Origin: Alphaproteobacteria bacterium | GTDB lineage: Bacteria; Pseudomonadota; Alphaproteobacteria; MPNO01 | Assembly: GCA_965248835.1 (NCBI GenBank) | Contig: CBDFLJ010000001.1 | Coordinates: 416,001 to 480,000, forward strand | Length of the DNA stretch: 64,000 nt | Direction: 5' to 3' | In this document: positions 33,852-41,717 of the stretch, one piece after another | How the letters are laid out: every line of letters starts with the position of its first letter | Numbering within the stretch: position 1 is the stretch's first letter | Program-made: the position numbers and the translations under genes | Notes under the pieces: model-generated | The model's input: the letters and a program-made list of their open reading frames with translations, nothing else | The model's database searches: none | What the model was told of the DNA's origin: nothing

Positions 33852-35462
33852 ATGACCGCGCAGACCGAGGTGATGATTGCCGGCGGCGGACCGGTCGGGC
33901 TCACGCTCGGCCTGGCGCTGGCCCATTACGGCATCGACTGCCAAATCGCCGAGCGCAACCCGAGCCCCACCCATGTCCCGAAGATGGACGTAACCAACTG
34001 TCGCTCGATGGAGCTGTTCCGCATGTTGGGGGTGGCCGAGCGCCTGCGCACGGCGGGCGTGCCCGAACGGAACAATATGGACGTGGCATGGATCACATCG
34101 ATGTCGGGCCACGAGCTCCACCGCTTCTGCTACCCATGTGTCCCCGAGGCGCGGCGGCGGATCCGGGCGTGCAACGACGGCACCCAGCCGCTCGAGCCCA
34201 ACATGCGGATTTCCCAGGTCGTGCTCGAGCCGGTGTTGCGCGACATCCTGCGCGAGCGCCGCGGCGTCCGGCTCGATTACGGCCATACGGTCGAGGATTT
34301 CGTCGAGGAGGAGGATGGCGTAAGGACCACCGTGCGAGCCGATGACGGCACGGTGCGCGAGGTCCGCTCACGCTATCTGGTCGGCTGCGACGGCGGCGGC
34401 AGCCTGGTGCGCCGGAGGCTCGGGATCGGGCTCGAAGGCGAGGCCGCGGCGCGAACCCGCTACATGGTGCATTTCCGCTCCCACGACAGGGCCGTTCTGC
34501 AGCGCTGGGGTGTGGCCTGGCACTATCAGTCGCCGCGCTACGGCACGGTGATCTGCCAGGACGACCATGAGATCTGGACATTGCAGGCCATCGTCCCGGA
34601 CGGCGTCGCGCCCGAGGACGCCGACCCGCGCACGCTTCTGGCCCGCTTCCTGGGCACCGAGATCGATTGCGAGATCCTGCAAGCCAACGACTGGCTCGGC
34701 CACCTGCTGGTGGCCAAAGCCTATGGCGCCGGCCGGGTGTTCGTGGCCGGCGATGCGGCGCACCAGTACATTCCGACCGGCGGGTACGGCATGAACACCG
34801 GCGTGGGCGATGCGATCGACCTGGCCTGGAAGTTCGCCGCGGTTATCCGCGGCTGGGGCGGCGCGCGGCTGCTGGAGAGCTACGAGGCAGAACGCCGGCC
34901 GGTCGGGTTGCGAAACAGCGCCGCATCGGCCGAACATACCCGGACCCGGCAGAGCATCGGCGCCTTGTGGAGCGCGGCGCTCGAAGACCCCGGACCCGAC
35001 GGCGACCGCGTTCGCGCCGACGCCGCGACCGAGATCGCCGCGATCGGCAACGCCGAGAACGAGAGCCTGGGCATCGAGATCGGCTATCGCTACGACGGAT
35101 CACCGGTGATCGCACCGGAGCCCGGCACGCCGCCGCCGCTCGATCCGCTGGTCCATCACGGCGGAACCTGGCCCGGCGCCCGCGCGCCCAGCGTCTTCCT
35201 TGCCGACGGGCGCGCAATCTTCGACCTGTTCGGACAGGGGTTCACGCTGGTCGCCTTCACCGAGGCGGGCGCGACCGGCCTTGCCGATGCGGCACGGCGG
35301 GTCGGCCTGCCGCTCAACCACCTCCGGCTCAGTGATCCAGCCGCACGCTCGGCCTGGGAGCGCGACCTCGTGCTGGTCCGCCCCGACCAGCACGTCGCCT
35401 GGCGCGGCGATGCACCGCCCGCGGACCCGGCGGCAATCGTCGATCTCGTACGCGGGGCATGA
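33852..35462 (+). CDS. FAD-dependent monooxygenase (PheA/TfdB-type aromatic hydroxylase family)
   Basis: GGGPVGL, GCDGGGS.VR, GRVFVAGDAAH..PTGGYGMNTG..DA.DL.WK, C-terminal LVRPDQHVAWRG. Confidence 0.92.
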   Translation: MTAQTEVMIAGGGPVGLTLGLALAHYGIDCQIAERNPSPTHVPKMDVTNCRSMELFRMLGVAERLRTAGVPERNNMDVAWITSMSGHELHRFCYPCVPEARRRIRACNDGTQPLEPNMRISQVVLEPVLRDILRERRGVRLDYGHTVEDFVEEEDGVRTTVRADDGTVREVRSRYLVGCDGGGSLVRRRLGIGLEGEAAARTRYMVHFRSHDRAVLQRWGVAWHYQSPRYGTVICQDDHEIWTLQAIVPDGVAPEDADPRTLLARFLGTEIDCEILQANDWLGHLLVAKAYGAGRVFVAGDAAHQYIPTGGYGMNTGVGDAIDLAWKFAAVIRGWGGARLLESYEAERRPVGLRNSAASAEHTRTRQSIGALWSAALEDPGPDGDRVRADAATEIAAIGNAENESLGIEIGYRYDGSPVIAPEPGTPPPLDPLVHHGGTWPGARAPSVFLADGRAIFDLFGQGFTLVAFTEAGATGLADAARRVGLPLNHLRLSDPAARSAWERDLVLVRPDQHVAWRGDAPPADPAAIVDLVRGA

Positions 35463-35504
35463 ACCGAACTAGGATAGGCCCGGCAGAACCGAACGGGGCG
35501 AGCG

Positions 35505-36383
35505 GTGGATACGATGGCGATCTATCTCGATTACGACGACGCGGACGCTCTCGAGCGGGCCTATGATGTCACCATCGGCGTCGCCGATGTCGAGGGCCTC
35601 CAGGAAGGATACCGGCAGGCCTCCGAGGCGGTCGTCGGCACCGGGCGCGGCCGGCTCGATCTCGCCTATGGCGCCGATCCGCTGCAGCGGCTCGATGTCT
35701 TCGCGCCGGACCGGGCGGACGCCGCGCCGATCATGGTCTATATCCACGGCGGCTACTGGAAGGGCGGCGAGAAGTCCGGCCGGCGGTTCCCGGCACCGTT
35801 GTTCAACGAGGCCGGCATCGCCTGGATCCCGATCAACTACCGACTGGCTCCGGCCGTCGCTATGGATTCCATCGTCGCTGATGCGCGCGCCGCGCTTGCC
35901 TGGATCCACGCCAACGCCCGCGCCCACGGCTGCGATCCCGGGAAGATCTGCATCTCGGGGAGCTCGGCCGGCGGGCATCTCGTCGGCATGTTGCTCGCGC
36001 CCGGCTGGCACCGCGACCACGGCGTGCCGACGGACATCGTCAAGGGGGCGTGCGCAATGAGCGGGATTTTCGATCTCGAGCCGCTGCGTCATATCCCGAT
36101 CGGCGCACACCTCGCGCTCGACCAGGCCGATGCGCGGCGCAACAGCCCGATCGGCCACATCCCCGAGACGCCGTGCCCGACGGTCATCGCCTGGGGCGTC
36201 AAGGAGACCGACGAGTTCTGCCGCCAATCGGAGGTCTACGCCGATGCCCTTCGCGCACGCGGCCACACGGTCGAGACCATCGCTGCCGAGGGCCACGATC
36301 ACTTCTCGCTGATGGGCGAGATGGGGCGCGGGGGGAGCCCGATCGCCGAAGCCATGCTGGCGCTGGCCCGCAGTCCTTCGTAG
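35505..36383 (+). CDS. alpha/beta hydrolase, arylformamidase (kynurenine formamidase)-like
   Basis: LAYG...QRLDVF, IHGGYW, GSSAGGHL, SGIFDLEPL, ETDEF.RQS, HDHF; start 35505 or 35514. Confidence 0.85.
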   Translation: MDTMAIYLDYDDADALERAYDVTIGVADVEGLQEGYRQASEAVVGTGRGRLDLAYGADPLQRLDVFAPDRADAAPIMVYIHGGYWKGGEKSGRRFPAPLFNEAGIAWIPINYRLAPAVAMDSIVADARAALAWIHANARAHGCDPGKICISGSSAGGHLVGMLLAPGWHRDHGVPTDIVKGACAMSGIFDLEPLRHIPIGAHLALDQADARRNSPIGHIPETPCPTVIAWGVKETDEFCRQSEVYADALRARGHTVETIAAEGHDHFSLMGEMGRGGSPIAEAMLALARSPS

Positions 36384-36516
36384 GGCGTGTGCAGGGCCGA
36401 GAACGAATAGCTCGCCAGGCGGGCGAAGCGCGAGGAAAGCGCGAAGGTCTGAGCGCCTTGCCGCCGGACGGCCGCCCGGCGAGGATGGGCGGCCCGACGA
36501 CGACTGGACCCTGGCC

Positions 36517-38124
36517 ATGACCTATCCCGACCTGCGCGCCTATCTCGAGGAGCTCGACCGGCGCGCGCTGTTGCACGTTGTCGACGTGCCGGTCAACAAG
36601 GATACCGAGCTGGTCCCGCTGGTCCGGCTCCAGTTCCGCGGCCTGGCGGAGCCCGACCGCAAGGCGTTCTGGTTCCGCAACGTCACCGATGCGCGGGGCC
36701 GCAGCTTCGACGGCTCGGTCGTGCTTGGCGCGCTCGGCAGCTCGCGGACGATCTATGGCGCCGCCCTCGGGATCGCACCGAAAGAGATCGGACAGACCTG
36801 GGCCGCGGCCCACGGCAACCACCTCAGCCCGGTGCGGGTGCCGCGCGCGGCGGCCCCCGTGAAGGAGGTCACGGTTTCCGCGCCGAATCTCGGCCAGGGC
36901 GTCGACCGCTTCCCGCATCTGATCTCGACGCCGGGCTTCGATCCGGCGCCGTTCATCACCGCGGGCGTCTGGGTGACCCGCGACCCGGAGACCGGCACGG
37001 CCAATCTGGGTATCTATCGCGGGATGATCAAGGCGCCCGACCGGGTCGGCTGCGCGACCGACGTGTCGACCCAGCATCTTGCGATCCAGTGGGAGAAGGC
37101 CAGACGGCTGGGCCGGCACCTCGAGGTCGCGGTGTTCATCGGCGGCCCGCCGGCCTTGTTGCTGGCCGCGGCCTCCAAGGTGCCGTACGGCGTCGACGAG
37201 TACGGCCTCGCCGGCGCGCTCAACCGCGCCGCAATCGAGGTCACCGAAGCGGAGACCGTCGACCTCTTGGTCCCAGCCGCGGCCGAGATTGTCCTGGAGG
37301 GCCGCGTCCGCACCGATATTCTGGAGCCGGAGGCACCGTTCGGCGAGGCGAGCGGATATCTCGGCCCGCGCAAGATGGAGAAGGTCTTCGAGGTCGGCGC
37401 CATCACCCACCGCCGGGCGCCGATCTACCAGGGGATCATCAGCGAGTTCCCGCCGTCGGAGAGCACCGTGATCCGCAAGGCGGCCTTCGATGCGGTCTAT
37501 CTGCGCCATCTCAAGGAGGCCTGCAACATCCCATCGGTCAGCAAGGTCGCCTGCCACGAAATGGCGAGCTGCAACATGCTGTTCGTCATCCAGCTCGACC
37601 GGCCCGAGCTCGGCCAGCCATGGCAGGCCCTGCGGGCGGCGGCGGCCTTCGATGCCTCGCTCGGCAAGATGTTCATCGCCGTCGATGCCGATGTCGACCC
37701 CGACTCGATGGACGCGGTCCTGTGGGCGCTGTCCTACAGCATGCAGCCGCACCGCGACGCCGAGATCATTCGCGGCAAGGTGCCCCGGCTCGACCCGTCG
37801 ATCACGCCCTCGGACGATGCCCGCCAGTTTGCCTATCCGGATGGCTCGGGCGCATCCGCGATCCTGATCAACGCCTGCCGCGAACACCCCTATCTGCCGG
37901 TCTCGCTGCCGCGGCAGGATTTCATGGAAGCGGCCAAGGCGCGCTGGGAGGCGCTCGGGCTGCCAGCGCTGGACCTTGGCGCGCCGTGGTACGGTTATCC
38001 GCTGAGCGCGTGGACTGAGGAAAACGCCGACGAAGCCGAGCGCGCGGTCACCGGACGATATTTCGAGACGGGCGAAAAGCTTGCGGGCCGACGCCAAAGC
38101 ACCGACTCAACAGCGTCGGAATGA
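36517..38124 (+). CDS. UbiD family prFMN-dependent (de)carboxylase
   Basis: YPDLRAYL, TRDPETG..NLGIYR, VPAAAEIVLEG, EAPFGE..GY, AVDADVDP, INACR. Confidence 0.92.
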   Translation: MTYPDLRAYLEELDRRALLHVVDVPVNKDTELVPLVRLQFRGLAEPDRKAFWFRNVTDARGRSFDGSVVLGALGSSRTIYGAALGIAPKEIGQTWAAAHGNHLSPVRVPRAAAPVKEVTVSAPNLGQGVDRFPHLISTPGFDPAPFITAGVWVTRDPETGTANLGIYRGMIKAPDRVGCATDVSTQHLAIQWEKARRLGRHLEVAVFIGGPPALLLAAASKVPYGVDEYGLAGALNRAAIEVTEAETVDLLVPAAAEIVLEGRVRTDILEPEAPFGEASGYLGPRKMEKVFEVGAITHRRAPIYQGIISEFPPSESTVIRKAAFDAVYLRHLKEACNIPSVSKVACHEMASCNMLFVIQLDRPELGQPWQALRAAAAFDASLGKMFIAVDADVDPDSMDAVLWALSYSMQPHRDAEIIRGKVPRLDPSITPSDDARQFAYPDGSGASAILINACREHPYLPVSLPRQDFMEAAKARWEALGLPALDLGAPWYGYPLSAWTEENADEAERAVTGRYFETGEKLAGRRQSTDSTASE

Positions 38125-38135
38125 AAGGCGCAAAA

Positions 38136-38209
38136 GAATCCACAGATTATCCACAGAAAAGAATGCAATGAGGTAAAATATTCAGAGAATATCCACATAA
38201 ATGTCCACA
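38136..38209 (+). promoter_or_regulatory. cluster of four co-oriented DnaA-box-like sites in an AT-rich patch
   Basis: GAATCCACA 38136, perfect TTATCCACA 38147, ATATCCACA 38189, ATGTCCACA 38201; surrounding 38125-38270 is strongly AT-rich relative to the window. Confidence 0.65.
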
Positions 38210-38269
38210 ATAAATTTTTCTCCGGCGCATTTTTTCTTGGCGGACTAGCGGAAATGTAAGAGTATTCAA

Positions 38270-38468
38270 TCGTGGAAACGCGGTCTTCGGATCGGGTGAC
38301 CATAGGCCCCGGAAGGGACGGGGTTCCTGGAAGCGGCGGTGAGCGGTCTTCGGAGCGCGCGCCAAAGGGACCGGAAGCCTCGGGTCGGAAAGGGTCTGGA
38401 GACGTCAGGAGCGTTCTTCGGAGCGCGTTGCGAGGGCCCCGCGTCCAAGCACCTGGCGTCTCTTTTAT
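38270..38468 (+). ncRNA. candidate small RNA with three cUUCGg hairpins, GGA-rich, ending in stem plus U-tract
   Basis: CTTCGG at 38285, 38348, 38416 each closing a short stem; 12 GGA in 38274-38422; GAGACGTCAGG (38400-38410) pairs with CCTGGCGTCTC (38452-38462) followed by TTTTATT. Confidence 0.6.
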
Positions 38469-38549
38469 TGTGCCGGGCGCATGTCCCGGACAAGCCGGAG
38501 CGGTCCGCCGCCCCCGGCGACCCCGCCTCGAGATATCCCGCATCCACCA

Positions 38550-38622
38550 CTGAAAAGGCCCGGCACCCCTGGCACCGAGCCTTTCCGGTCAGTATCGGAC
38601 CCGCGTCCATCGCACTTGGCGG
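38550..38622 (-). ncRNA. candidate ~70-nt small RNA on the minus strand
   Basis: begins just after a TTGACC-17-TATGCA promoter and ends in AAAGGCUCGGUGCC-AGG-GGUGCCGGGCCUUUU, a stem that pairs fully (via G-U) only on the minus strand. Confidence 0.55.
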
Positions 38623-38626
38623 GCTC

Positions 38627-38700
38627 TGCATACCAGACACGCCGAATCGGGTCAACCATATGTTGGGGTACATCAAACAATAACCTGCCAAATGTTGTAA
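38627..38700 (-). promoter_or_regulatory. sigma70 promoter with GANTC site and tandem NrdR-box-like operators
   Basis: minus strand TTGACC-CGATTCGGCGTGTCTGG-TATGCA; boxes CCCCAACATATGGTTG (38653-38668) and TTACAACATTTGGCAG (38685-38700), period 32 bp, first overlapping the -35. Confidence 0.6.
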
Positions 38701-38921
38701 GGCTCAGGGACCTCCCAAAGCGGCCTTGCTCGATCAGGCGGCGGGCACCGCGCGCGGTCGGATCGTTGCCGGGCGCACCCGGTCGGGCCTTCGCCCACGT
38801 TCTCTCCGCTGGGGGCGATCACCGCGCCATTGGACGGGCCGGTCCGTTACCGCCAAAATGGCGCATGCTCCGGCGGTACGGCAATCGCCTGCCGCCGGGA
38901 GCTCAATTGCCGGAGGGGCCG

Positions 38922-39392
38922 ATGGCCGAAAAACTGGGTATCGGGGATTCGTTCCCAAAGCTCCAGCTCTCCCTGGTCGGCGGTGGAACGCTCGACCTGC
39001 CGGATGGGCTGGACTCGCGCTACAAGGTGATCCTGTTCTACAGGGGCCACTGGTGACCCTTTTGCCGCCGGCAGTTGGCCGGCTTCGCAGAACACAAAGC
39101 CGCACTTGAGAAACTGGGGATCAAGGTGGTCGCGGCCAGCATCGATGCGCCCGACAAGGCCAAGGAGTTCGCCGAGGAGGTGCCCTTCCCCGTCGGCCAC
39201 AGCGTAAGCCGGCAGACGGCCGATGCGCTGGGCTCGTTCTGGGAAGACCGGCGCGGGCTGATCCAGCCGTCGGAGTTCATCCTGGACAGCGAGAACAAGG
39301 TCGTCGCCTCCTCCTACAGCGACGGCCCACTCGGGCGAATCGAAGGAGCCGATGTCGTCAAGCTGGTGAACTTCTACGACTCTCGAAAGTAG
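38922..39392 (+). CDS. peroxiredoxin-like (AhpC/TSA, redoxin) protein, probable selenoprotein with UxxC motif
   Basis: GGAGG RBS, ATG 38922, FYRGHW-TGA(39054)-PFCRRQL continuing in frame to TAG 39392; hairpin immediately downstream of the TGA. Confidence 0.85.
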
Positions 39393-39464
39393 TCAAGGCG
39401 GGACGGCTGGCCGGCAGCCGGTCGGGGCAGACCGGCCGGCTGCATGGCCTTCGTCCGATCCGCC

Positions 39465-40319
39465 TCACCCCGCAGCGCCCCTGATCTCCTCCAGGATCGG
39501 CAGCAGGTGGGTCCTGAACAGCTCCGGGTTCTCGGACATCGGGAAATGGCCGAGCCCGGGCATGATCTGCAACCGGGCGCCGGGGATGGCGCTGGCCGTG
39601 CGCACCGAGTCCTCGGGCGTGCACGAATAGTCGTATTCCCCGGTCAGCAGGTAGAGCGGGCAGCGCGCGGTATCGATCCGGCCGGTCCGGTCGCGGTAGT
39701 CGGAATCCTCGCGGTAGAAATGCAGGTCGCCCTTGAACACGCCGGGGCCGGACTGGAGATAGGCCCATAGGGTCTCCCAGCGATACCGGTCCGGGGCTTG
39801 CGGCGCGATGAGACCGGAGATCATCGCCGCACAGATCTCGCCGCCATGGACATCGGGCCGGTTGAGCCACGCGGTGTCGTACCATGGCGTCTGGTGGTCG
39901 GCGCATTCGATGCCGATCAGGGCGCGAAACCGGTCCGGGTGGTTGGCGGCGATGTTGAGCACGACCCGCCCGCCGATCGAGCAGCCCATCAGCACCGGCC
40001 TGTCGAGCTCCAGCGCGTCGGCGACCGCGAGGATCGCCTCGGTATAGAATTCCGTCGTCAGGCGGTAGTCCTCGACCTCGTAGCCCGGCGGCGGAAACGA
40101 CTTGCCGTGCCAGGGCATGTCGAAGGCGATGACCCGGAAACACTCGCTCACCTGCGGGTCGACCATCAGATGGCGGTACTGCCGGGAATCCGCGCCGGCG
40201 GTGTGAAGGCACAACAGCGGAATTCCGCTGCCCGCCTCTTCGAAGAACATCCGACAGGAACGGCCGCCCAACTCCAGGCTCGCGTAGCGACCGAGGATCG
40301 GCTCGAACTCAACGGCCAT
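39465..40319 (-). CDS. alpha/beta fold hydrolase
   Basis: LCLHTAGADSRQYR, FDMPWHGKS, GCSIGG, GEYDYSC, GHFPMSENP. Confidence 0.88.
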   Translation of the reverse strand: MAVEFEPILGRYASLELGGRSCRMFFEEAGSGIPLLCLHTAGADSRQYRHLMVDPQVSECFRVIAFDMPWHGKSFPPPGYEVEDYRLTTEFYTEAILAVADALELDRPVLMGCSIGGRVVLNIAANHPDRFRALIGIECADHQTPWYDTAWLNRPDVHGGEICAAMISGLIAPQAPDRYRWETLWAYLQSGPGVFKGDLHFYREDSDYRDRTGRIDTARCPLYLLTGEYDYSCTPEDSVRTASAIPGARLQIMPGLGHFPMSENPELFRTHLLPILEEIRGAAG

Positions 40320-40728
40320 GGCGGTCTCCTGCTTCGGGCCGGCCGAGGCCTGCACGCCGCGGGGCCTCGAGCATCTCCTTGATGTAGCGCAAGTTGGCCA
40401 TCACCGGTTGGAGATCGCCTTCGATGGAGGCGTTGCCGAACCGGGTCATCGCCAACAGGTCGTGGTAGCCGGGCGCGGGTACCGGCTGCCAGAATTTCCG
40501 CCAGGCCTCCGCGCCGGCACGGATCGCAAACCGCCAGGGCCGCATCAGGGCCGGGCCGCGCGCGGTGCCGATGATCACTCCTTCGCGAATCCGCAGCAGA
40601 ACCGGCAGTTCCGGACAGCCGACCTCGATGTCGCAGCTCATGTAGCGGCCCCTGCGGACCAGATCCGCGTCGGCGTTGACGATCCCCGGCAGGCGCTCGA
40701 ACACCTCGGCGACATCATCCTCGGTCAT
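40309..40728 (-). CDS. hypothetical protein, SCP2 sterol-binding-like fold suspected
   Basis: 139 aa overlapping the hydrolase start; W..FW.P.PAPGYHDL.AM and IEGDL...MANL pattern. Confidence 0.6.
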   Translation of the reverse strand: MTEDDVAEVFERLPGIVNADADLVRRGRYMSCDIEVGCPELPVLLRIREGVIIGTARGPALMRPWRFAIRAGAEAWRKFWQPVPAPGYHDLLAMTRFGNASIEGDLQPVMANLRYIKEMLEAPRRAGLGRPEAGDRHGR

Positions 40729-40799
40729 CGCGACTCCATCCCTGTCACCGTGCCGATTCTACTATCATCTGGAGCGGTCAAGTGATTCGCCGGGGAAAG

Positions 40800-41717
40800 A
40801 TGAAGATCGCGGTTATGGGAACCGGTGGCGTCGGCGGTTATTTCGGCGGCCATCTGGCGCGTGCGCACGAGGTGGCGTTCATCGCCCGCGGCGCGCATCT
40901 GCGGGCGATGCGAGCGGGCGGGCTCAAGATCACCGGGGAGCGCGGCGACATCGCGCTGCCCGCGGTGACGGCCACCGACGACCCGGCGAACATCGGCCCC
41001 GTCGATGTCGTGCTGTTCTGCGTCAAGCTCTACGACACCGAGGCCGCGGCCGAGGCGATCCGGTCAATGGTGGGGCCGGACACCCGCGTGCTGTGCCTGC
41101 AGAACGGGATCGACGGGCCGGAGACGCTCGCCGCGCGGTTCGGTGAGGACCGTGTCCTGGCCGGGGCGGCCTATGTCGCGGCGTCCATCGTCGCGCCGGG
41201 TGTGATCGGCTACACCTCCGACATGTCGCGGATCGTCTTCGGCCCGATGCGGGGCGCCCCGGACGGCTTTGCGGCCGCCTTCGCCGCGCGGTGCCGGGAG
41301 GCCGGCTTCGAGGCTGAGGCATCGCCGGAGATCGCCGTTGTCCTGTGGACCAAGCTGATGCTGCTTGCGGCAAATGCCGGGCTGTCCAGCGTATCGCGCG
41401 TGCCGCCGCGGGCGATCTATGACGACCCGCTGTCTCGCGCGGTCGCCCTGGAGGCGATGGCCGAAGTCCGCGCCGTCGCCGCCGCACGCGGGGTCGAGAT
41501 CGAGCCATGCGCGGAGGACGCGCTAGCCGCGTTGTGCGACACCTATCCGATGGATCTGTACCCGTCGATGTACAGCGACCTGATCGGCGGCCGGCGACTC
41601 GAACTCGACGGGCTTGCCGGGCTGATCGTCCGGCTCGGCGCGGAGGCCGGCGTGCCGACCCCGGTCAACCGCACGCTCCATGCCGCGCTCAAGCCCTACA
41701 AGGACGGCCGGGCCTAG
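40800..41717 (+). CDS. ketopantoate reductase family protein (PanE/ApbA)
   Basis: MKIAVMGTGGVGGYFG, FIARG, VKLYD, LQNG, WTKL, SMYSDL..GRRLELD. Confidence 0.9.
   Translation: MKIAVMGTGGVGGYFGGHLARAHEVAFIARGAHLRAMRAGGLKITGERGDIALPAVTATDDPANIGPVDVVLFCVKLYDTEAAAEAIRSMVGPDTRVLCLQNGIDGPETLAARFGEDRVLAGAAYVAASIVAPGVIGYTSDMSRIVFGPMRGAPDGFAAAFAARCREAGFEAEASPEIAVVLWTKLMLLAANAGLSSVSRVPPRAIYDDPLSRAVALEAMAEVRAVAAARGVEIEPCAEDALAALCDTYPMDLYPSMYSDLIGGRRLELDGLAGLIVRLGAEAGVPTPVNRTLHAALKPYKDGRA

Noticed and set aside
35461-35494. GAACCGAAC direct repeat as a LexA (GAAC-N7-GAAC) site
   Set aside because: Spacing does not fit the alphaproteobacterial SOS box and the downstream gene is not SOS-related
38125-38270. 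Chromosomal replication origin
   Set aside because: No dnaA/hemE/parAB-type context, only one perfect box, and core operons keep the same strand on both sides; retained only as a DnaA-box cluster
38273-38430. CRISPR array from the three CTTCGG-containing repeats
   Set aside because: Conserved core is only ~15 nt and degenerate, spacers resemble each other, and no cas genes are present
37995-38691. Small protein-coding ORFs in the 38-kb intergenic region
   Set aside because: Overlapping frames on both strands with atypical composition and no clear RBS; the RNA-structure and operator signals explain the region better
39054-39056. Nonsense mutation making the redoxin a pseudogene
   Set aside because: The stop is TGA exactly at the redox Cys position, the rest of the frame is intact, and a SECIS-like hairpin follows
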